In this document: in pieces, positions 1-12,402 of the stretch
Position numbering within the stretch: the first letter of the stretch is position 1
Layout of the letters: the number at the start of each line of letters is the position of its first letter
Assembly (NCBI GenBank): GCA_009914755.4
Contig: CP086569.2
Coordinates: forward strand, 25,088,001 to 25,152,000
DNA: 64,000 nt
Direction: 5' to 3'
DNA from: the human T2T-CHM13v2.0 reference genome, Homo sapiens
Translations under genes and position numbers: made by a program
The notes under the pieces: model-generated
Seen by the model: only the letters and a program-made list of their open reading frames with translations
The model's database searches: none
Told to the model about the DNA's origin: nothing

Positions 1-1585
1 TTCAATGCCATCCCCATCAGGTATCAATGACTTTCTTAACAGATTTAGAAAAAACTACTTTAAAGTTCATATGGAACCAAAAAGAAGCCTGCATTGCCAA
101 GTCAATCCTAAGCCAAAAGAACAAAGTTGGAGGCATCATGCTACCTGACTTCAAACTACACTACAAGGCTACAGTAAACAAAACAGTATAGCACTGGTAC
201 CAAAATAGTATAGTACTGGTACCAAAACAGATATACAGACCAATGGAACAGAACAGAGTCCTCAGAAATAATACCACACACCCACAACCATCTGATCTTT
301 GACAAACCTGACAAAAACAAAAAATGGGGAAAAGATTCCCTAGTTTATAAATGGTGCTAGGAAAACTGGCTAGCCATATGTAGAAAGCTGAAACTGGATC
401 CCTTCCTTACACCTTATACAAAAATTAATTCAAGATGGATTAAAGACTTAAATGTTAGATCTAAAACCATAAAAACCCTAGAAGAAAACCTAGGCAATAC
501 CACTCAGGACATGGGCATGTCTAAACACCAAAAGCAATGGCAACAAACGCCATAAGTGACAAATGGGATCTAATTAAAGAGCTTCTGCACAGCAAAAGAA
601 ACTACCATCATAGTGAACAGGCAAACTACAGAAGGGGAGAAAATGTTTGCAATCTACTCATCTGACACAGGGCTAATATCCAGAATCTACAAAGAACACA
701 AAGAAATTTACAAGAAAAAAAACAAACAACCCCATCAAAATTGGTCAAAGGATATGAACAGACATTTCTCAGAAGAAGACATTTATACAGCCAACATACA
801 CATGAAAAAATGCTCATCATCACTGGCCATCAGAAAAATGCAAAATGAAACCACAATGAGATAATATCTCACACCAGTTGGAATGGCAATCATTAAAAAG
901 TCAGGAAACAACTGGTGCTGGAGAGGATGTGGAGATATAGGAATACTTTTACACTGCTGGTGGGACTGTAAGCTGGTCCAACCATTGTGGAAGACGGTGT
1001 GGTGATTCCTCAAGGATCTAGAACTAGAAATACCATTTGACCCAGCCATCCTATTACTAGATATACACCCAGAGGTTTGTAAATCATGCTGCTATAAAGA
1101 CACATGCAACATATGTTTATTGAGGCACTATACGCAATAGCAAAGACTTGGAACCAACCTAAATGTCCATCAATGATAGACTGGAATAAGAAAATGTGGC
1201 ACATATACACTATGGAATACTATTCAGCCATAAAAAAGGATGAATTCATGTCCTTTGTAGGGACATGGATGAAGCCAGAAACCATCCTTCTCAGCAAACT
1301 GTCACAAGGACAAAAAACCAAATACCACATGTTCTCACTAATAGGTGGGAATTGAACAATGAGAACACTGGGACACAGGGAAGGGAACATCACACACTGA
1401 AGCCTGTCGTGTGGTGGCGGGAGGGGGAAGGATAGCATCAGGAGATATACCTAGTGTAAATGATGAGTTAATGAGTTCAGCACACCAACATGGCATGTGT
1501 ATACATATGTAACAAATCTGCACTTTGTGAACTTGTTCCCTAGAACCTAAATTATAACCAAAAAATCATAAAATAAAGTAGAAGA
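1..1585 (+). mobile_element. L1 (LINE-1) 3' fragment carrying the ORF2 C-terminal region and 3' UTR; cut by the window start; an older L1PA/L1PB-type copy
   Basis: The translation matches L1 ORF2p C-terminal motifs (FNAIPI..., [119 protein letters not shown]). It carries many stops and frameshifts. The 3' UTR end is ...catgtgtatacatatgtaacaaatctgcac...cctagaacctaaattataacc near 1500–1585. Supplied ORFs 613..864 and 1104..1355 are ORF2 remnants. Confidence 0.9.
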
Positions 1586-1834
1586 TACATAAAAAATGTT
1601 CAAAACTGAACAGGAAGTACATTACCTTTTATTTTGCCAAACCAATTTCTGGAAAGAAAACAGAAAGCGAAGACTCATAGCCACATCTTTGTTGGTGATC
1701 GGCCACTAAAGAGTTAGAGGCTTTTAGTAAGAGGGAGTTCCCTTGCATTGAAATGGACTGAAGCTACTATTCTCCATTCAATACAAGGTGCATCAACTCA
1801 TGAATTAGCTGGTTTTGAATTTGTGTCTTGCAAG

Positions 1835-1971
1835 GGAGGAAGGAAGAAAGAAAGGAAAAAAAAAAGAAAGAAAAGAAGGAAGGAAGAAAGAAGGGAGGAA
1901 GGGAGAAAGAGGAAAGGAGAAAGGAAGAAAGGAAGGAGAAAGAAGGAAGGAAGGAAGTCAGTCAGTCAGTT
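1835..1971. repeat. Polypurine simple repeat, (GGAA)n/(AGGAAG)n, followed by (TCAG)3
   Basis: Direct reading shows ggaaggaagaaagaaagg...ggaaggaag tcagtcagtcag. Supplied ORF 1748..1978 (K/R/E-rich) is an artefact of this repeat. Confidence 0.85.
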
Positions 1972-4145
1972 AAGGTAAAAAAAAATCAGTAGGATTTTCT
2001 CAGTAGAGATATACACAGATGTGTTACATTCATTGGAAATCTTCCTTTTATTTCCATAATGTTTCTAGATCCACATCCAGAAGTTAGGAAACTTCCCCTG
2101 CAAAACTCTTACCCCATAGACAAGAAGGCCAGTGTGTTCTAGAAAAATGTTTCTTTCCTCAGCTTCCAAGTGAAACTGATGGTTAGCCAGACCCATTTGC
2201 AGACTCTTAACTTCCCTAGAAGGTGATTTCAGAAGCTTACGCTTGAGATACAAAGTATGAGGAAAAATTCTGCCAGTTCATCACACTTCTGTGGACTGTT
2301 GGAAAATATAACCAAAATATTCGACAGCAAGGGACTGTTTGTATGTTACAAAAATATCCAAAGATAAGTCTCTTACCTCTAAAAATGAGGATTTCAAGAA
2401 AATTCTAAGGAAACAGAGAAATGCTCACACCATATAGTTTAAAATGTTTAAACACCATAAAATAGTTTAAACACCATAAGTTTAAAAATGACATATACAC
2501 TGGATATATCTACATATTTTAAAAGTAAAATATGCTTTTTAAATGCATATTGCAATAAAAATACGTTGAGCTAATCCTATTTCTAGCTGTTAATCAAAAT
2601 ATAAAGTATATCTACAGATATTTGCTGCTCAAGTTAAATATTCAGTCACATTACATAGTTTAAAGATGAAAATGTTCATTCCTCAAACTATTAAAACAGC
2701 ACACTAGTGTTTTCTACATGGTGTGAATGTCCCTCATCCAAATGTATTACTAACCCACTTGTTAGTTTAGGAATCTGTAAGCCAGATTTATAAAACAGGC
2801 CTAATTTTACTAAAATGTGTTCATTATATAAATGCTTTCGGCTATTTTATTGTTGGTTCAATTAATTATTTGAACATTCTCCTTTAGGTCGACTCAAATG
2901 CAACATTTTCTCAATAGTTTCAAAGAGACCGTAATATTTCAGGATAGACTTTTGAAACCCAAACATTGGATGAATTTAAATGTGAACTACTTTTTACAGG
3001 TTACACTTTTAAAAGTTATGGAGCAAATGAACGTACATCTGATACTTGAGTGTACCCTGTACACCCCAATCCTTCAACATTCTGTGTAGCTTTCTGTGCA
3101 GCTTATTTTGACTCAACACGTCAGACATGGGGAGAAAGGTGGACTAGAAGACAAAATGGTTACAGGTTACCTGGGGGATAGAGGAAAGGTGAACGACGGA
3201 AAAAAGATCACTGGTCTCTGGGGACACCCTGAGTGGCCTAGCAGGGAAAGGGGTATTAAGGACTATCAACAATACTTCATTTCTACTTGTCCCCGATGAG
3301 GGGCAGTTGTGTATTCCTGAGTCATCAGGCGCCAGCTTCCTCCAGTCACTAGCTGCCTCCCAAGCCGCCTCACTGGCCCCGCTATGGGCCGAGTTGACTG
3401 CCCAGTCCAGGCTGCAAGGCCAAGATGAGGGGGAATCCCTGGCCTCAGAGACATGCCTCTGTCCCAGGTGAGGAGCAAGGGTGCTTAACACTCTCAATCT
3501 CACAGTCCCAAATAGGTTTTCTATCAAGCATGTGAGCCTCCTCTCTTCGTGGTTCTGAGGCATGGATGAGGACCGTGACCTAGGCACAATTCAAAGGCGC
3601 TTGGAGGGCTGGGACCCAAAGACTAGGGATGGAAAGCAGTGAGGCAGGACCGCGAGATTACAGCCCTCACACCCCATCCTGCCCCTCCTGGAGACCTACA
3701 AAGTACAGTCTTCCCGTCTGAAGAGACATGGTGCATGCACTTTGTTGCCTAGCACCCGACAGAAGCTCCACCCATATCTCGGGAGAGCACATCCAGGGTA
3801 TCCAAAGAACTGCCCCCGGGGAAATGTGGCTGAAGCAGTGGAGCGCGGGACTCCACAGCTGGACTTAGATTGTCTTTCCCTCGTCGGCCTCTCGCTGCAG
3901 GTAGGGGATGGAGTGAGTCGAAACAGGCGTTTTGAGTCCCTGTGGGACTTCACTGGCCCTGCGTGACTTCACTGGCCCTGCGTGATGGCGCAGGCTGGTG
4001 CCATATCTCCACTCCTCCCTGGGGTAGCCAGATCAGATCTGCCACGTCCTGACCGGCTCATCCATGCTCTAAGCACTTCCACCTGCAAGTGTCTGCCCTC
4101 TTTGGAGTCTGCTTTCGCGGTTGACAGTCGAACATTCACCTGACC

Positions 4146-4341
4146 CAGGGTTTCTTAATGAAGCCACTGTTGCCTTTTGGAGCCAGCAGATGTTTTGGGG
4201 GCTGTCCTGGGCATTGTAGATTTAGCTGTGTCCTCGGTCTCTATTTTGTCAATAGCACCTTCTCCCCCAAGCGAGACAACCAAAAATGTCTCCAGACATT
4301 GTCAGATGTCCTCTTGGAAGCAAGATGTCTCAGAATTGAGA
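4146..4341 (+). mobile_element. Nonautonomous hAT-Charlie (MER-type, MER30-like) DNA transposon with terminal inverted repeats
   Basis: It starts with cagggtttcttaa and ends with ttgagatccacag, an imperfect inversion of the start. Inside is the widely dispersed mammalian motif gggggctgtcctgggcattgtag...gacaaccaaaaatgtctccagacattg, which I recognise from memory as an ancient MER/hAT family. The exact family name is uncertain. Confidence 0.6.
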
Positions 4342-5920
4342 TCCACAGAGCTAATTTTTTCTGAGTAGCCACCGTTGTGTGTTGTGAGGAAAGATGAGCC
4401 TGACCTCATGACGCTTACATTAATTAAAAAGAAAAGGAACCAAACCTCTCAGAAGCAATAATGAAAATATTACAGCTAGAGAATTGAGCAAGTGCTAAGA
4501 TCACATTATAAACTGAGTAAAGAGTTTAAAGGGGAGGTGGTTGAAGATGGAAGTGATCCAGATCATCTCTCAGAAAAAGTGTAAACTCATCAGGACCTTG
4601 ATGCATAGGATTTGCGTGGTGCACTAAAAGAAGAGCTTTGCAGGGGAGGGAAAATGAGCAAAGGAATAAAAAACAAATAAAACAAACAAACAAAAATCCA
4701 AGACCTTCTGGGGGCAGTGAGGAATCTACCCCGAGTCCAGAGTTGTATGCTGGAAATATAAGCCTGAGAAACTATCTAAGCCCTGTGAGGACAAAATTTG
4801 ATCAGTGACACCTTTGTACATGACATTGAAAAAGTGTACAATGAGTTTTGATCACTGGCTGTGAAAAACTTAAAGTCTTTAAGAAGCAGTATGAGTGACA
4901 GGACTTCTTAGCACGTGGAGAATGTGTAGGCTTTTGTTGGAAATAATTGAGGAGGAGGAGAAACTTAGTTGAATTTTAAAAAATAGGTAAAGGCTGCAGG
5001 CAGAATCAGGGAGAACATTCCAGGGATGATGACAGAAACAGTAGTAACTCTGAAGTGGATACAGTCAAGGTGGATTTGGGGGCAAAAAAAGTAAATGACA
5101 AAACTCTAGCGAAGGTGGAACAATAGGCCACTGTAACAAATTATTACAAATTTAGTGGCTTAATACAAGTGTATCATCTTACACTTCTGTAACATACGAG
5201 TCCAATAGAGGTCTTGTTCAGCTAAAATCTAAGTGTGCACAGGACTGTGTTCCTCTTGGAGGCTCTAGAGGATAATTTGTTTCCCTGTACTTTCTAGCTT
5301 CTAGGGGCCTGCTGCATTCTTTAGCCATAGCCCCTTCCTCTGTTTTCAAAGCCATCAACATCACATTGCTTTTCTCCTTCTTCTGTCACTTCCCCCTGAC
5401 TTTCCTCTTTTGCTTCCATCTTCTACATTTAAGGTCGTTCCAATGGCATTGATCAAGCTGCATGATCCTCGGCAATCTTCCTATCTTAAGGTCAGCTGCT
5501 GAACAACCTTAATTTCTCTTTGCCATGAGCCCTCACATACTCACAAGTTTTAGAGATTTGGATGAGGGCATCTTAGAAGAGAGGTCACAATCTGTTTGTT
5601 CCTCTCAGCTAGACATTTGAAAACTATCTTAGATTCTCCTCTTGTCCTCCATTTCCCAATTTAATCTATTATCTAATTCTATGTAGCTACGTCCTCAGGG
5701 CCTCTGGGACAAGTGTTCCTTGGAGATTCTTCAAAGGCCCTTATTTAAAGCAACAGAAAAATCGAGAAGACCATGAATACACATTCATGCCAATGCAGGT
5801 ATGTCAGTCATGGCTGTTGCTTTATTTGCATTATGTGTTGGAATTCTAAGTAACACTTGTTTTGTTGGTGAAGGAAATATGGAGATATCACAGAAATTTT
5901 ATTTTAAAAAGTTGAAATTG

Positions 5921-6167
5921 GGCTGAGCATGGTGGCTCATGACTGTAATCTCAGCACTTTGGGAGGCTGAGGTCTGGAGATCTCTTGAGGCCAGGAGTTC
6001 AAGACCAGCTTGGGCAGTATGGCAAAACCCTGTCTCTACTAGAATTACAAAATTTACCCTGGCATGATGGTGCATGCCATTAATCCCAGCTACTCAGGAG
6101 GGCGGAGGCAGGAGAATCTCCTGAACTTGGGAGGTGGAATTTGCAGTAAGCCAAGATCATGCCACTG
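5921..6167 (+). mobile_element. Alu, + orientation, 3'-truncated with no poly-A; older AluJ/S-like
   Basis: ggctgagcatggtggctcatgactgtaatctcagcactttgggaggctgagg...gagaccagcttgggcagtatggcaaaaccctgtctctac...aatcccagctactcaggag...gccaagatcatgccactg. Confidence 0.9.
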
Positions 6168-6770
6168 TCTTGGAATCTTCTATCTAAACCTGTGCTTTCT
6201 ATTACATAGCCACTATCCTCATGTGGCTCTTCTTCTTTAATTAAAATTCAGTTCTACAGTTACAGTAGCCACATTTCTAATACTTGCTGGCTTTCATATT
6301 GGACAACACAGGTGTACATTTGCATCCTTGGAGAAAGTTCCACAGATTGGACAGTGCAGAATCCTAATGTGTGTCTCACCTTTGTCCCATACCCTCAAGT
6401 ATTTGCTAAGTGTTGCAGCTATTCCCTTCCCTTTCTGTGACAACGGTGTCATTTTCTCCCAGGGTTTCAAATTCTCCCACTTCACCTGACAGTTTTTCTT
6501 TGCAAAATTGACTGAAAAACTATAGCCTTCTTGCTTCTTCAGCTGTTTACAAAAGGAAAACCAAACTGACAACTTACGATAAACATGGAATGTATATAAA
6601 GTAAACTCCGTCTGATCTTCTGCCCATCTGTGTAGTTGATAACAGCACCATCATGCAATTGTTCTTTGAGTTCCCTTCTGTCTGTCCTCCTGCTGATTTA
6701 GCACCATGCTGCTCACCCATTTGTGGCTTTTCATATAGGGCTGAGTGTGGGGATGCATGTTATCTCCCTT

Positions 6771-6840
6771 ACACACACACTGACACTTCTACATCCACAC
6801 CCACACACACATGCAAACCACCCACACACAAACACACACA
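6771..6840. repeat. Imperfect (CA)n / CA-rich microsatellite
   Basis: acacacacactgacacttctacatccacacccacacacacatgcaaaccacccacacacaaacacacaca. Supplied ORF 6653..6895 overlaps it and is an artefact. Confidence 0.7.
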
Positions 6841-7962
6841 TTTGCCCCCCTTCTTTTTAGCACTGCTGCTTCAATGCTTGTGCAGAAGAAGGTAACAAGC
6901 ACTTCTTTTGGCAAACTTCAGCTCTAAAATTTAGCCCAGTAATAATTCATGATATCATTATTTACTTTATTCAATTTTCCACTGCCCATCCTTTCTCCCA
7001 TAACCTTCCCTGGAGAATTATTGCCAATTCCTCTAGTTTTTCACGGCTTTTGTATCATTCTTGCTTGTCTTTGTTACCCAATTTTTCTTCCTCAATCTGT
7101 TTTTCATCTGTTTTCTAAAGCAGGGGCAAAGGTTTTCCTTGGAAGACCAGATAGTGAATATTGTTGGCTCTGTGGGATAACCTGATTGCAGGTACTTAAC
7201 TCTGCCTTTGAAGGGTGAGAGCACCTTAGATGGTAGTGAGAAAGTGAACAAGGCTATAGTCCCCCATCTCACATGATATTTTAAATCCTACTTCATCATG
7301 CCCAGAGTCTTCTATTTGCCTTTCCTTCTACAGTCATAACCCTCCAATTCTAAAGTTAAAGCTGCCAGCTGTGCCTTGATTTTATTTATGAAATGCATCA
7401 TTCATTAGCACATGCATATCATGTTTCTTCTGATTCCGTTTTGTGTACGTGAATCAGGAGAAGATCCAGTGAGGCTTGATGAGCCTTGGTTTCTAACCCA
7501 CCTCAGATGTATCTTCCAGGAGTTTGACTAACTCCTCGCTTACTTGATATCCACCCCATGTTGAGAATTTTACCAGTCACCACTTCTCAGTTTGCATTTG
7601 GCCTTCCATGTTATTCTAGAAAATATTAATTGAGCATGTCCTGTGAGTCAGACACTGTGCTGGGTACTTTACTGTAAGGTGCTACAAAGTTACTACTATT
7701 CCATAAAGAAGAAAGCCAACAATAGGTTAAGTGCTCCCTGTGGTAACATTGCAAGTAAGTAGCAGAGCTACATAGAACCTAACTTTTTTTTATTTCAATC
7801 CTCTTGAGTTAAAAATACACACAGTGGGGTTACCATTGAGTATATCCATCCATGTTCCCTCCCATCCGTCTTTCATCTATATTTTCATTATCTGTGCTAG
7901 AAGCCAAGGAATCACTTGTAATTTTTCCAGCGTTTCTCATGAGTTTATTTCTTTTGCGAATC

Positions 7963-7991
7963 TGTTTGTTGTTGTTGTTGTTGTTCTTGTT
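7963..7991. repeat. (GTT)n microsatellite, probably derived from the poly-A tail of the adjacent minus-strand Alu
   Basis: tgtttgttgttgttgttgttgttcttgttt sits directly next to the Alu tail end. Confidence 0.8.
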
Positions 7992-8247
7992 TGAGGCAGG
8001 ATAGTTCAGCTTACTGTTGTGTCATGTAATTCTCTCCTGTCAGGCTCCAGAGTAGCTGGGACTACAGGCAGACACCACAATGCCCAGAAATTTTAGTATT
8101 TCTGTAGAGATGTATTTTTTTGTAGAGAAGTGTTTCTTCTTTCATGCTGTTGCCTTGGCTGGTCTCAAATTCCTGGACTCCAACAGACTGTCTGCCTCAG
8201 CCTTCTGAAATGCTGGGATTACAGGCATGAGCCATTACACCTGTCCC
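7992..8247 (-). mobile_element. Alu, minus orientation, diverged
   Basis: The plus strand shows reverse-complement Alu motifs: ...caggctccagagtagctgggactacaggca...ttttagtatttctgtagagatg...tggctggtctcaaattcctggactc...ctgcctcagccttctgaaatgctgggattacaggcatgagccattacacctgtccc. Confidence 0.85.
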
Positions 8248-8956
8248 AATCTGTTAAACTTCTTTGTAAGATCTCTCAGTACCTCAGAATATTTTCCTTT
8301 ATCTATCATTTCTTTCATCCTTTATAGAATAGAAAACTTCCTTTCTTATAAATTGGTGTATCAAGAGGCATATCATAGTCTCTTTTATTAGCACGGACAT
8401 GTATTTATAACACACATAGTTCAGTTAGAAAGAAAAAAATAGAGCACAAAGTGCTGCATTGCCTCACTTTTCTAGGTAAGTCACATGAGAGAAAGCTGAT
8501 TTTAGCTTCCCCCAACAGATGCCTTATGGAAATTTCTAAGGCAAGCTAATTAGTTTCTTCATCTTCTCACCACTCTTTATGATCCTTAACTTACCATCTA
8601 CCTCTGTTAAATCTTCTAAGTGTCAGTGCTGGTGCTAACTGCTCCAGTCCAAGTGAAGCCTAGCTTACTCCACCAGACACTCAGGGTCCTTTCAGTTGAA
8701 TGTGCCATACATTCAGATCGTGAGAATATTGTCTGTGATGTTATGTTAGAGGTCTTCTGGTTTTCTTATGGAAATACATAGGATTCTATAAGAAATATCA
8801 CAATTATATCATTTGTTTATTCCAGAAGTCATGCATCTTCACTAGTATGTGGGGAATGGTGACAAGCTTACTGGCGTATTTCAGGTTTAAGTTAGAAAGC
8901 AAAACAAAAGAAGAATTTTACATTTCCCATTGGTCATCTTTGAATTTCAATATTGA

Positions 8957-9118
<162 letters not shown>

Positions 9119-9429
9119 TAGTTTTCATAGGAATTTTTATTCCATTGTAACGATATAGTGTAATATGATTTTAGAACTGGAAGATCTGGACAGAGGAGGT
9201 AAATGAAATCCAGCACAATTAAATGAGGCTTGCACTGGAGTCCCAGAGACTGATAGCAGTCAACCAGGGCATATCCTGGGAGTTGTTTATTTATACTTTA
9301 ATTCAGCACAGACTAGCATGACCTCTGACTTTCCCATGATGTTCAGTTCATTATGTCATCCATCATGAATTGCTGCCACTTGAACACTTAAAACCCTAGT
9401 CCACCTGTAGCAAGTTGTGGCTTTGAAAT

Positions 9430-9545
9430 GTCATCCATCAGTGTTCAGGCAGTTTTCATGAATCATATTTTTCATCAGGACCTATTGTGTTCCATCCATT
9501 AAAATTCAGGCAGTTTTCATGAATCATGTTTTTCATCAGGACCTT
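9430..9545. repeat. Local tandem duplication of about 61 bp, two copies
   Basis: ttcaggcagttttcatgaatcatatttttcatcaggacct occurs at 9444–9483 and again at 9505–9544 with one mismatch. The sequence before each copy (tccatcca) is also similar. Confidence 0.7.
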
Positions 9546-12402
9546 CGGGGTTAAAAAAGACCCTCAGTGACCCTCAGCAGCACTTCCTGACTGGGTGATT
9601 CATGTATGCTTACATCCCCAGTGACTACCTTGGCAATGCACAGGAAGCGCAAAAGCAGTACCAGAGATGATGACACCTTTTTTTGTCAAGAATGTTTCCA
9701 GAAACCAGGCTTGGCTCGAGAACATGTTATTATTCAGAGTAAACCAGCCCATAGATTTTTGACGTGAGAAGAGCCCAGTCCTTTCCAATTTATGTTTCTA
9801 ATACATTGCTGGCATGTTTGCACTGTTTCTCTCAAGCACACAAGTCAGCTTTAATGACATTTGAGGAAGTGATATTGTAAGTTACTTGCAATGTATAATG
9901 TTTAAGTGGGTGATACTTTTTAACTATTCAGGACTTGTCACCAAAATATGGTAGACAGGATTATGTGCCAGGTATTATTGTGGCATTACTTTCTCATATT
10001 ATGAGAACACTGCTCATTAAAACTTGTTTTGAGTACTTGTAGCAGTATTGCTTTCTAGGATGCAGCTACTTGTATATAATTTCTGTGCATTCCACTGGCC
10101 CTGTTGTGGAGAAAGGAGCAGACATAAAAATAATTTGTTGCATATATTGATTTTAATTCTTTCTCCTGCTACCATTCACCTTGTTAAAGCATTTTCACAA
10201 TTTGCTTCTAATCTTTCAGAATTGATCATCATTGTAAAAGAAACCACTGCTTGATCGAGACACGAAGAGATCCATTTATCTAAAGATTCACTTAGGTTTG
10301 TCATGACAATGTGAGTGAAGTGAAGCATGCTTTAGATGTCCGAGGGATTTTGGGAAAATGGGCTACCCTCCTCCAGCCCAAGATTGGGAACAGCTTCTTT
10401 GGCAAGGAGGCTGTCTCTGTTTCCTGTGGCTGTTGTAACAAAGTACCAAAAGTGTAGTGGCTTTGGACATCAGAAATGTATTTCCTCATTTCTGAGGGCC
10501 ACTGTCTAAAATCAAGATATCAGTGGTGACAAGATTCCTATGCAGGTCTTAAGGTAAGAATCTGTTCAGTTTCTCTCCCAGTTTCTGGAAGTTCCCTGGC
10601 TTGTAGCAGTGTAACTCCAGTCTTTCTGTGTCATTTTTCTCCCTTTGTGCATATCCAAATGTTCCTTTTTTTACTAAGTACATGAGTGGTTTTATTAGAG
10701 GCTCACCCTACCCTAAAATGACCTAATCTAAAATAACCATATATACATGTAACCTATCCTTCCAAATGAGGCCACACTCTGCGGTACTGTCACTTAGGAC
10801 ATCAACAAAAGAATTTTGAAGAGAATACACTTCCACCCGTAACTGAGGTGTTATTTTAAAACTATATTTTTTAAAAAATAATTCCATATAATGTGAAAAC
10901 AGATCTCTTTTATGTCTCTTGAAAATAACAAACAAAGCAAAATCAAACTTTTTTTTTCTGCGCAAGAAAACCATCTATAGAATTTACAGAATGAAATGTC
11001 GGCATTCTTCATTCCATAAGGATACATTAATCTGTTATTGCTCACACTGTCATTTATGACAACCGTCACTGTCTGCACCAGTTCATAGCTCATGCTGCTC
11101 TTGACCTCATAGACGAGAACATGTGGCTTTTGAACAACATGTACTTGAAAAGTGTGGACAAGTCCAATAACTGGTTTGTGCCAGCACTCATTACTGCAGA
11201 GCATACCTTTTTCCCTTTTTAGTAAAGATAATTAACTAAAGTTTGGGTTTACAAACTAGAGGAACATGGAACACAGATGCCTGGCTCTGAGTCTGTGTGC
11301 TTCAAAATTTGTATGAATGTAAAAGTTTCCATTTATGGGACTACTTTGTTTTATTAGGGGAGAAAATATTTTGTTGAACAGCTAATGATTAAACTAAGTC
11401 TCATACCCCCAAAGAGTTTATCTGATTCATATCAAGGTTGATGTTACATTACTTTTAGCTTTTTTCTTTTTTTACTTAGAATGCTTATATTCTTTTTCTG
11501 GTAAAACTAAGCTAATTTTGAACCCAGTTAATGTATTCAAGTCTTCCATCAGAAATACATGGAGTGTGACTAATTTGAAGAATATTGTATCAATGAACTG
11601 GTTGCTTTTTGTTTTTTACTTCTAAGAAAAATATTGCCTTAATTATGTCACATATGAGATTTATTATGCTTCATGGCATAAGGCAAGAAGATGGAATAAA
11701 TCACTTCCTTACTGATGTTCATGATTAACATATAAAAGTAAGTCATGTTCTATAATTTTAAAAATCTGATGATGGAAAAAAAGATTTGATCTTTGTCAGG
11801 AAACTGGCCTTTTCAAGTAACCCACTTAGGCTGCACAGCTTACGTTTCAGACTGCGTTTTCTCATAAGAACTGTGTCTGTCAACTCCCTTGGCAGGCAAG
11901 TCTTCACAGCGAGTTGAATGGGTATTTAGGAACACAACTTACAATAGTTATTTGTAGAATATTGTGAAGGCAAATTGTTTTCATGTTTTCCCTCTTAGTG
12001 TTCATAGTTGATTTCATCAGGGAACCATAAAGATAGCAAAGAAGCAGCCTACATAAGGGAAAACTAATTAAAATTTAATCTGAAATGTTTCCATCTATAT
12101 TCTTTTTGTTTAATTATATTTTAAGTTTTAAGGTACATGTGCACAACGTGCAGGTTAGTTACATATGTATACATGTGCCATGTTGGTGTGCTGCACCCAG
12201 TAACTGGTCATTTAACATTAGATATATCTCCAAATGCTATCTCTCCGCCTCCCCCACCCCATAACACGCCCCGGTGTGTGATGTTCCCCTTCCTGTGTCC
12301 AGGTGTTCTCATTGTTCAATTCCCACCTATGAGTGAGAACATGCGCTATTTGGATTTTTGTCCTTGTTATAATGTGCTGAAAATGATGGTTTCCAGCTTC
12401 AT

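Noticed and set aside
3945-3982. The 19-bp perfect tandem repeat cttcactggccctgcgtga ×2 as a candidate transcription-factor binding array.
   Set aside because: Two copies only. Nothing in the sequence alone supports a regulatory role. It is recorded just as a feature of the GC-rich block.
6294-6572. A 92-aa minus-strand ORF (MSVWFSFCKQLKKQEGYSF…HCPICGTFSKDANVHLCCPI) with a C-x2-C…C-C pattern that superficially resembles a zinc-binding motif.
   Set aside because: There is no recognisable homology, no start or splice context, and cysteine pairs arise readily by chance. It is probably random or an unrecognised ancient repeat.
9430-9545. A possible CRISPR-like or regulatory direct repeat (two 40-bp identical units with a spacer of about 21 bp).
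   Set aside because: There are only two copies, the setting is a eukaryotic genome, and the flanking context is also duplicated. This is a simple 61-bp tandem duplication.
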